From Enoplolaimus lenunculus (taxonomy: Eukaryota): 64,000 bases of DNA. A model generated the notes under the pieces. That model was not told the origin of the DNA and made no database searches. It saw nothing but the letters and a program-made list of their open reading frames with translations. The position numbers and the translations under genes are program-made. Below, piece after piece: positions 13,092-25,000 of the stretch (positions are counted from its first letter, which is position 1; each line of letters begins with the position of its first letter). The DNA lies in assembly GCA_030248215.1 (NCBI GenBank), contig JASANG010000295.1, positions 558,001-622,000 of the forward strand, read 5' to 3'.

Positions 13092-16000
13092 CTGAAATAA
13101 CGGACAAAAACTATGATAGGTGTACGATTTAGTTATGTTATGGAGGATATTTATTGAAACCCTTGACTGCGTAATTTTTAAACTCTACCATTTCAGATTT
13201 TTAAACTCTACCATTTCACAAAGTTCGAAATAGCCAACTAATGATTGGCTTATAAAAGTGGTCAGAGGTATAATATCTATGGATTTAATATCTAATTGCT
13301 GCAACTTATTGTGCCATTGTTAGATTAATAACAATTATGCACAGACTTAGGTATTCTACTCTCGTTCGCGGCGCCCAACATAAAAAGCCGCAGCAAATGT
13401 TGTATAAAATAAAATTAACGTCTTAATGTCAACCACTGATGACACAATAGCTTCGTCATCCGCTGCAATCGCCAAAACTTCATACCTTTCTGTGGCTGCA
13501 CTGCTACTGCGGCTAGCGGTGGCTGTATACTATCCATCAGAAACGTATTTCCAGCCGATTCCGATCGAACTGCGTTTACTGCAACCGGTGGCGGAGCAAT
13601 AGCCGGCCTTAAACCAGACCCAGAATATGAAATCACCCCAGCGCCATATGCTGACCATATCGACTGAACAGACGCGCCCACAGCTACTCCCTGCGTCGAC
13701 AAAGGGGTTGCAGTTACTGCTGAAGCTGCCTGTGAAAAGTAGTTGAATCCACTGTTGCTACTATTAGTAACAGCGCAGGTCACTAAAGTGTTACCGTGTA
13801 ATTTTTCATTAGGTTGCTTGTTTTTATCAAAAGCAGTACGTTGTGTTTGATGTTTTTCTAGTTGTTGTTTCTGTTGCACTGGTGCCGCCGACAAGGGTGT
13901 TCCAGGCGACTGGCAGTACGTATCGCTCGTGTTAAACAGCGAATCGTCAGAATTGTCCAAAAATTGTTGTTTCATGCTTTCCTTGCTGCTTATAATCCAA
14001 CCATCGGTTTCACGACGTTCAAGTTCCAGTCTAAAATATACGCTATCCACTTGGAAAGTTTAAGATAACACAAATAAAACTACAGCTACTTTCTATCTAC
14101 AATTGTCATTGTGTCTGGAAAATGTTTACGTCCCATTCAAAGTACGGTGGGCATTTGGCTTTTTACCTTGACTTGAAAAAGAACATAGATTAGATTTTAA
14201 AATGTTAATTTAAATTTGTCCTACAGCCCAGAATGCAGCCACGTAATCGCGGTTGCGCCTACAATCGCTGTTTTACGATCGCGGTTGAATATCCTTTGTT
14301 CGCGATCAGTCGCGTAACCGCGTTTACAAACGATTGAAAATTTAATACTACCAAAGCAGTTGCGGTCATAGTTGTGACCGCAGTGACCGTGAGCACTATA
14401 AATCGTGTTTGTGAGCAATTGCTTCCAAGAAAGATCGATCGTGGTCAGAGCCAAGGTTTGCAATGCGACTGCGATTTCGCTTAAAATATTTCCCAAACTT
14501 GAAAATTGCAATGCATTTTTGTTGAATTTTGTTTGCCTACTTAAATTATTATTTGACTTTTTAAAAATAAGCTTTAAGAAAAACCCTGTTTAAAACGTAC
14601 TTAATATAGTATGCGCGTTTCGAGCTTGCCGGAAGTTCTTCTAGCTCTCGCTTGAGAACGTCGACAGATAAATACTGCAAATCCAAAGCGTACTCAGGCG
14701 GAATCTGTGTACTTGGTGTACTGTTATTTGTTGCATTGTTCGCAGGATAATTTCCACCCAATGCGTCCGAATATGATTTTTTTGTAGCCTCAGTAGTTGC
14801 GCTGTTTGCCGTGTTATCTATAACACATTTTAATAACATATCTTTGCAAGTTCACAATTAGTTTATGAATCATGAATAAAAATAAATGCGTAACTTAGTC
14901 TCGCGAAAGTCATAAATTTTGTGACACAATAGACAAAGCTGCGGTGCATTTAGTCACAGATATCAAAATGCAAAAACTCACCTCCAAAGCTGGTTGGCCA
15001 CCAACACGACTGTTCTCCCCCGCTGACATCGGACCAGATGTTTGCAGACGGAGCTTTACGCGTTTCATGTTGTCGTTCCGGTTTAGGAAACTGAATATTT
15101 GTTTTCCTAAATCCATTCATAAAAAACAAACATTTCTCAACATACTACAATGTGACCTTTCCAATTGCTCAATGATAGTTTCAATCTACTTACCTAGCCA
15201 ATCCAAACAGGCTAATAATTTGAGCTTGACACCACACAACATATTTTATATTTTTCAAAACTTCATTAACAGTGAATAATTTCTGAGTAGCCTGACCATA
15301 AAATATCAAAAACCAGTCCTGCAAATATAGTAATAATCTCTAAACTTTCTATAAAAAGACAATCTAATATTTTAAATACCTAGCTAACCCAGACGAACCA
15401 ATAATTTGTACCGGCGCGCGAAGTGCGGCCAGCAAATCAGCGCGATCTCGATGTTTTTGATTTCGCATCGCCAACTGATATGCCTTCGCAGCTCCGCAGA
15501 GTAAGAACGCCGTATCATCATCGTCCTGTAGGACACTAGACGCCACTTGGGCGCTAACAGTATCGCTATTATAGTCAAATTCATCATTGCCGGGCGAGCC
15601 GTCATTTTGCTGATACGAGGCCGATTGTTGCAGTACGGCGACAGCAGTCGTTAAGTCACCATCGGCGCATTTTCCCACAGATGCATCGTATATCGATGTG
15701 GTCTCGCGACGCGCAGACGCAAAATCCAGCGCGCTCGGTCGAGAATAGCCTTGAGGATCTAAAACCAAATACTAAAATAGCAGAGTACAATTTAAACGGG
15801 TTATTAGCTATGATTTAATTAATTTAATATTAATAACCTATTTAACAGCTTCCACGTAAGTACAACAGGTTAGATATCTTTTTAGATCCTATGCTTTTCA
15901 TGCTTGATATTTCAAAAACTATACTGGATTGTAGATTAGTGTGAAATACAAAATCCAATGTATTATTGCACTTAAGCGAACTAAAGTAATGCCGTTACGA

Positions 16001-19000
16001 ATAATTATTTCACATATACCAATGACGTTGCTTCATAGTATGTAACATTTTATAAACTTTGCTTTGCTGGTTATTAACGTACGTAACTAAAAATTGCACT
16101 TATATATCTAACATTTCCAATATATAACCTAATTTCTTATGACAATTTAATATCTTCACGAGATCACGATAATTCCATTTTCAAATCCATATTAATTTAT
16201 TACAAAATATCGATACCAACTAACCATTTAACAATTTTTCATGGTCGACATCTTTTAGCCTTTTGAGTATTACACTTTTTCGCCGATGCAACAATTCTAA
16301 ATTTGCTTGTTTCTCCTTCAAAATACAAGACAAAATACAAAGATGTTATATTCTATCGCTCGTTGCTGAACAGTTTAAGGGTGTCCAGGGTATTGGTACA
16401 TCACACTTAATAACATTCTTGAAAAGGCTGCAGCAAATCGCATTGATATTATTTCCAACGTGCAAACCTAGATTAAAAATAACGGCACAGATTAGTATCC
16501 GGTGAAAGCAACCAGAAAGATATACGTGCACAAAAACAAACCGTGCCATAAAGGGATGTAACAATTCATCGGCGTCGGCATTAACCTGCACTTTTCGTTG
16601 AATGTCGGCACCGGCATTACAAAAGAACCGCCGGTTCTTTGCCGATATGTTTTGCACATACCGGTGAGTTGGTATGCAATCAATGCGTCTGATCAGGGAA
16701 ACTCTTATTTCTCTTGGGTTCGTGTTAAAGAAATTAATTCAGGGGAACCGTCGTCATAAAATAATAATCTTCTACGGACGTAATGTTGCATCCTGTCTGT
16801 TCTTTAAGTATCGTGTATTAAAATTGGAATCGCCGTCAACATAATTTCAAAACAAAAATCGGCATTGGTACCGGCATCTACATAAAATTTACTATCGGCC
16901 CACCACTAGTACAATGCTTCTAAAGTCTTTAAGAGAGTAAGACAGATAAACAAACTTACTGTGATTACCGACATTCCAGACGCGCCGTGCGAACAATGCA
17001 AACCGCTCCCAAGCTTCGTCGAGCTAACGTCCGTCTGCCAGTTACTTTTACCGGACGTATACTGCAAACCAGTTCTATTAATCGAACCGCTTCCAAGCTG
17101 CTGCCGTACTTCATGATTGATCACGCATTCACGAGAAGCCTGCGTTATGTGCGCCCCTCCTGCATCCACGCCGCCCTCCGAAATCCCACCATTGTTCTGA
17201 TTATCGCTCTGAGCTTGGCTACTTTTTACCGGCAGAACCCCGAACACCCTATCGTTCGAGGTCGATACGGCCGGCCGGTTGTCTGCTGATCCGACATCTT
17301 CAGTCACTTCTGTCTCACTCAGGAATTTACTATCACTAACCAACTTTGGCACCTCTGTCGCATAATTTGAACCAGTGAACAAAACGTTTCCGTAGCTAGA
17401 GTCATAATTAAAATTACCATTGTCAGTGTTTGTTGCTTGCAATCCAGTATTATTATAAGATGATGATACTACGGCATTAGAATTGCCCGTACCACATGAG
17501 TCTTTTAACGTTGTGACAAAATCAGAATTGCACCCACTCACGACCAGCTGGCTTTCACCGTTTTTTGGATTATCACTGGCTAGTCTTTGCGGCTGCAGTT
17601 GCTGTTCTTGATTTGACCAACCAGCCGGTAGTGATGTGTTTTGTTGTTGTCGTAGTTTTTCATGTTGTTGTTGTTGTTGTTGCGCAGTCTCCAGAGACTG
17701 GTAAAATGTTCGACCATCAAACGTGCACAAATTGCTGCCTCCCATGCGAGCAGCACTGTTAAAAGTTTGAGTTTCACTCGGATGGACTACATACTCTGAT
17801 CTTTGATGAACAAGATTTAATGTCAAATTTCCCATCAGATCCGTGCTAGTCGCCGAATAGTGCGGCATTACTGTACCCAAAGCACTAATTCCTGAAAAGA
17901 GTTTACTTTGTATGAGTTGCTAGTTCAAATTCATTGACGGAGTTATAAATAAAAGCGTATACACATACAGCTTGCACAAATCTGCAAGTTGTATGTAGCT
18001 GCGTTACAAATTTCGAAACGCACAAGAAGAAATCGTGTTACTTCCGGCATAACATTAATTATTTCAGTTATAAAACAGCGTAAAAGCGGGCCTGTTTAGC
18101 GGGAAATTATGGTGACATACACACCCTGTCAACAACTTGTACACCTTTCGTCAGAAAACATATAATGCTGTGGTCTCAACAACGGCGCAACCTACAAAAC
18201 CATTCACAGTTTAAAACCAATCTCCACCCTCTATTCAGGCCCTTGCTATACCTGCAAATATGGTTTCCTTAAATTTTTAAAAAATTATACAATATGAAAA
18301 ATTTACAAATTTTATTTTTCGGGAAATTTTAAAAAATTAGTCGACAATTCAACTTACCTTGGTACCCGTTACCGAACGCAAACGGCTGTGGTTGTTGAAA
18401 TCCAGGCGGCAACGGCTGGACGACTGCAGCGATAGCCGGAGCCATCGCAGTTTGTATACCACCAGCGGCACTCGGCACAAGAACTTGTGCAGTCGGCGCC
18501 GGTGTCAGAATTGCCGCTGGACGATTAGCAGTAATGCTACCGTCGGCAGCAACAACAGCGGTTCCGACGGAACTAGCGGCCTGCGCTGGTAATGCACTTA
18601 GTGTCGCTGTTTGAATTGGTGCAAATATCTGTGGCGGTTGAATGTGACACGGTGTTGTGTGTCTACAAATTAATAAAAACGAGGTAGATCTTCGTCATAA
18701 TACAATAACGTGCTCTACATCATTTGTCTGCTTTCGGATAGACGAAAAATATCAAAGCACCACAATAGCATTCCAACGGCACGAATATTATTGAGGATCA
18801 AGAAACAAGCCTCTCCGTTTTGGCAGCCGAATCATAACAGGGTAAAGTTAACGAGTGGTGAGCGAAATTCAAATTTGACAGTAGGCGTACTAAGGAAAAA
18901 TGGGAAAGGGACAGTTCAGTTTATTACATACACTAGCGACACTGATTGTGGTAAGGATTTTTCTGTTCAACGTAATGCAATTTTAGAGTTTCTCACTCAT

Positions 19001-22000
19001 TCTGATGAAAACCGTGGAAAGTTTTTGTGTGCGATAGATATCAATACTGAAATTCTTCGACAAAACATAACCTTTGAAATTCTTCGACATTCGACAAAAC
19101 ATAACCTTTAAAGCTTATATTTATAGCGTGCTGTTACAGGAGAGCATCCCGCAAAAAATGGCGTAGGATAGTGCCTAAATACAATTAGTGCAGGTACATT
19201 TTATAGCGCGCAAATTTAGCTAATTTGTATAATTATCAAAAAGTCATCATCCACCCTTAGTATTACCATACCCTGAAGCGACAAGTTCTGGAGTCGCAAT
19301 TGGCTGATAATACTGTGGCGGACACCAGTAGATTGTTGACGTGCCAACCGTGAACGTAGCGGCCGTGGTAGGCGCAGTAGGCACGGTGGAACCAGTAGAC
19401 ATCACACCAGCGTTGTAGTCATACATATTCGATGCGGGGGCTGAAGGTAACTGTGACGGAGGCCGCTGTTGAATTTCGTACGATCTCGCTTCGTTTTGCT
19501 GCGAATAAACCGGGGCGACCAACCGTGATCTTTGTTCTACAGGCCGCCGGTAAGCTGATCCTGTGCGAAACTGAAATAAAAGAAAAAATTGTTGTAAACA
19601 CATTAATAGTATTTATCAAATCTTCGTTACAAAATATTCAATAGTCAAAAACGTTTCTAATTAATTTGGTACATGAAGATATTAAAAAGTGAAACAACAG
19701 TAAATATAATGAATTAACAAAGTTTCTAATCATTTTATTAGGTGGCGATAAACGTGTAGAAAATTGAAAACTTATAAAATACGAAAAGAACATTGGATAT
19801 TTTGCGAATTAGGAGACACACAATCTAATTTTATAGTAACCTCGATGGTTTGCTGTAATTTGTACAGCGCTTGAAAACTTATTCATATCTATAGTTCCGG
19901 CTTCTCGTCATATATTTTCCAACAGCCATTACCTCGAATTTCCAGTAAGGCGAACCTTTCAAAACATTGTTATCGACTAACTTTCGCAGTTACCTGTTGA
20001 GTTTCAAGCTCGTCAGCCAGAATTCCACCAGTGCTCTGATTCCATTGCTCTTGTCTTCTTACGATACCACCTTGTGTTAAACTTTCCGGCACCCTCGTCG
20101 ATTCATTCAAATTTTGCACCTGTTCATGGTGGCTGCCAGTATTTTCGCTAACACTATTCATTAAAACTTGAATGCTCACACTTGAGCCATGCTGATGACC
20201 AAAGTCGCTATCTGGTGATCTGTCAAAATGTGACGTCGCAGAGCCAACCGCAGCATAACTTGCACGGCGTCCGCTGTTATTTGAACCTGTAAATTCATTC
20301 TGATGCATTAACAGTTTCAAACACTGTTTACTTTGGCTTTGCAGTAAAGGATTTTGACCTGAAAAATTGGTACAATGACGATTTAAAACAATTACGAAAA
20401 ATTTGGGAAACGTAAGGGACCAAATGTCAGTTTTTCCGACACCTGAAATACAATATTCCCCCAATATTCAGAGAACACTGCAACATTAAACAAAACCTGT
20501 TCCAAGGTATGACCGTGAAAAACTATACAATGCTTTAGGTACCTGTCAAATTATGCTGCGATGCAGATGTTAGTGGTTGCTTTACAACAGGCGCTACAGG
20601 TATCACTGGTATATTACGTCTTGGCAGGCTAAAAATAACAAAATCCGAAACACTAAAAAACTGTGCCCGTATTTTCGAATATGTTTAGCACCAATCACTA
20701 ATTGGTGCTGTTCCAATTTTGAGTTCCGCAACAGCAACAATCCGCGCGTTAGAAAACCTATCAGTAACATGTGATCGCTGCTACATACATTTGACAATAC
20801 GGGCAAAAGACTGTATGCTTGGATAAACCAATAACAATTGGCACTAAATGAACGGAGAAACAAACTATTCAACATATAATCCAATCAATATCCCAATACA
20901 TTGCTCAATTTCATAACACCAACACCACAAGTCTATCATAAAACTTGTTTGTTTAGAATGGAATACCAGCATGGTCTACTTACTCAGATTTGATATTCCG
21001 GCTAGCAACTGAACTAGCGTTTTCATCATCGTTTTGGCGACGTTTTGCAACAACGTTTCGAAACCCCTGCTGTTGATCGTCTTTCGAATAAGGCTGACCT
21101 ACAAATTTATTGGCAACCAGAAGTAAACATTTTGTTCCAAAATCAGGTGCTGGAATCACAAGACATATGCGTTACAAAGCCTATAACTATTTCTATATGT
21201 GCTTCAAGCTTATTTGACAAATGTAACCAAATAACTGAAAAATGTTAATCCACCTATGTTGATGTTCTGTGTAGTAAAATTTTTAACACACGTACCAAGC
21301 TCTAAAGATATGGAACTAAGTAAACCAGCCAACCATTCGGTTCTAAGTGACTCTCAATTTTACCTGAAACCGATTCGTTACACCGACGTGACGCGTTTGC
21401 GTACTGATTTGTCTGTTGGCGTTCATCTTCAGCAAATGACATATTGTCAAAATCGCGTGCCATTTCGTTATAATTTCGATTTCCCATTACTCTTGCGTGA
21501 TAGCGATAGCTGTAACACCAAATACTACAACTGTATTCTACCAAATTTGTTTGTACAAAAATCCAATGCACAGGTTAATTCTAGTCTAATATCAGCACGT
21601 CACATATCATGATTTATAGCCAGTGGTCATTTCAAATAGCCATAAGAAGACCTAAACATATCTGGCACCACCCAAAGTTGCTATAGTTTAGGTTTGCTAA
21701 CCATGCCTGGTCAAGACGCTTAAAATTTTTCTCTCTCATACTATTTAAAAATAATCTTGGACACGACCAATTTCGATTTTCATAATCTTACCTAGCCAGT
21801 TCTTTCGCCGAATGTGCGAACGTGCACGCATCTCCACGCGGACATGGTCTATGCTCCTGCATATCGCGACACATCATTGTTTTGAATCGGCCTGCAGCCA
21901 AGGAGTCCCTGGAATTTTATATTAACACGAAAACTAGGGCATTAGTAAGAAACAAAATGGTTGCGTGAACGGCATTTTACGTTCACAAATATCGACAGAA

Positions 22001-25000
22001 ACTGAGATATTTATGTAAATCTCAGCATCACGATCTTTTAATATAGTGATAAGCAAAACCCCGCACAAAATCTAGCCATAAATTTTGTTTTAGTTCCACC
22101 TAATTCCGCGTACGCAAAACTACAGGTATAAGACCGCGATGCTAAGTACAAAGAAACACAACGACGGTAAGCACAATAATATCGCAACTCCAAGAGAAAC
22201 TGTACCGTCCGCCAGATCTTCTAGCGCTATAGCGCACTTGTGCGTCTATCACACTGCGAACACTTCGTATAACGTCGACCAATTCGTACCAACTTGGCGG
22301 CGTCACATCTTGACATTCTTAAAGCACTACCAAAATATACGCATTTATAATAGCAGAAATCGATAACGACCCTTGGATAATGCAACTGAGTACATTATGT
22401 ATAAAAAATAACGTAAAAAAAGTACGCCATACCTTCTTGGTAACCCATATCATTCTGGGGAGGTATGAACTTCGTAATTAAAAATATTTGGTAGGCGACA
22501 TGTTTCGTTCAATATTCCAGGAATTCAAATATTCCTTTTAACATATTGCACAACGCAAAAAATTTGGAACTCACGTAATCTAGCCTGTGTTATAATAGGT
22601 TTAGATATGCTATGCTAACGTGCCGTAACACTAATTTGAAACAAAACACAACAAAAGTTATCCTAGATCATTAAACTTAATTAATATCGAGTCTGCGAGC
22701 TAGCGTGTTTAACCAAAGCCCAACCATGGGTCGACCAGTGCAATCAGCAAAACGACAAACACTTTACACTACCAAATACCAAGAGCTTGTCAACAGATAT
22801 ACCCATTATTGCACTCACCTAGTGATGTATCAATCGCAGCGAGTTTTTCAAAATGACTTCGTTGTGCGCACAAATTCTCTGGATCTCCATTACGCTGCAG
22901 AACGACAAATAACTCTTGTATCGATTGTATAAAAGAAGCCGGCGTTTGAAGCTGAAATAAGAACATTTTGACTATTTAAGCAAAGAATCTGCTAGCGCTC
23001 AAGTCATTTTAAAAATGAAGCAACGACAGAAGTGAGATTTGGATCGTATTTGCGTTGGAAACGAAAACACTCGGTACAAAACGGCGTTTTAAAACCTAAC
23101 TACAACGCAACCTTTCACTTTAACAAAAGACAGGTTTCCGACTTTATCATAGATCGGCACCACGTGTTCTGGCATGAAATATCTGTATATATCCATATAT
23201 CCGAACACATATCTGGCAAGAACGGCCAGAGATGTAAAATATCCGATGCTCCTCATGAAGTCTTCAGTATTCTCCTTTTTAGGAAGTACCTTATCAATAA
23301 TTGACTGCATATGCGAGCGATGCGCCTGATCTCCATACAATAGCGCGGACCACTGATCTTGCGAAATTCTTAAACCAGATTCTTGAGCCATTTGAACTAA
23401 CTGACTGTCATGTTCACGACGTAGCGCTTCATAATTGCGAAATTCTTCTTTTAGCTGCATTAATGAGGATTCTCCATCGCGTTTGAACACCTTCAACACA
23501 ACAATACTAGATAATACCTACCGATGAAGGAAAGCGCAAATCCAGACATTTACAGGTACAATAATTTCTCTCCAAATTTCGCCTCCACCAGCTTTCTTCT
23601 GGTTGTGGGGGGTTTGCAATCACTCGACAACAGCCTAGAAAATCCCCAGAGTATAATGATGCAATAACACGAACAAAAACAAATCCTGGTATAAAAATAA
23701 CCAGGTTGGGACTTTTGTAGAATCGCGGATATTCAGGAACATTTTAGATTTCGAACTGAAACTGTTCAAACACTTTTTATACTCTCGAACATGTCCTAAA
23801 AACAATTTTAGTATTATTTGTTTTTCCTTCCGTCTTTTCACTATAAGTTTTTATCAAAATTACAAATAATTTCTTAATCCTGAATGTTGTCTACGCTCAA
23901 TAACAAATGCAAAGCAATTTTACAACAAACCATCCTTACATTAAAACACGACGCACGATATAGCAACTGAACCACATGACCAACACTTGTTTTCGACGCT
24001 TGCGGGTAATCTTTTTCCAAATTCTGGACCACGTACATTACGAGGTTTTTCCGTGAAATATGGGCACCCTCCGACAGCGTAAGTAGTATCAATTTCAACA
24101 CTTCTTCTTGCATTGCTGCAAAACCATTGGCGCAGATATAACCTTTAACTAATCGCCATGGAATGGTATATATAACTATTAAAAAAATTGAATAAATCCA
24201 GAGTACTTATTTCAACATGTATTGATATTTGAATTTTTTCTGTTGCTTACAAGTTATCTATAAAAACTGCACGTTCAAAAATGACCATTATCAAAGCCAC
24301 TCAACAAAAGCACTACAATTTGCGTATAATTTATTGTAAAAAGGTTCAATTATTATGCCGCACAGAAATTTATCAGATTACTTACACTACGAGCTTAAAT
24401 ATATAGTGTTTACCTGGTCCTAAAAACTGGCAACCTCGTGCACGAACTGCAGCCCATAAATTCGCAGTTAAATGATTGGGATTTTGTTGAACCAGCAAAA
24501 TTTCTGACAAACATCGCTCACCAACTGCTCTACAAGCACGAAGCATTCTGGTTCGCGCATCTCCAAAACCAATTAATCCTAAAATGTGAAAATAATCATT
24601 TTAACGCATCATGCTACTGTAGCAAACAATATGAGTATACATTAAGGTTTTCTTGCAAATTTTCGTCAAAAGTGTTGCACTACCTATACATAAATGCAAT
24701 TTGCATACAGCATATTTGTACATAGATAGATGTTGCTTTTTAGAATAAGAGCAAACATCCCAGTAAACCCAATTAACTTCTTGCATTAGGTGGTAAGTAA
24801 GCTAATTTCCAACGGCTGTAAACTGAATTATATTCCGAAATATTGCAGGCATGTACCAACTTACGCAAAAAATTCCAGTATAAACAAGTGATTCGCTTAA
24901 GTAACTGATATAAAAATATTACAGCGCTCATGTTATACCTTGACTAAGCATGGTCATAACTTTCTTCTGCAATGCTCGACTCAACGTAGGACTCCAAACG

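Noticed and set aside
14221..14511. Possible extra Roquin exon
   Set aside because: Exon 14817-14601 joins 14030 in phase without it. The stretch is made of ATCGCGGTTG/GTGACCG modules that look like a repeat fragment, and its frame ends in TAG.
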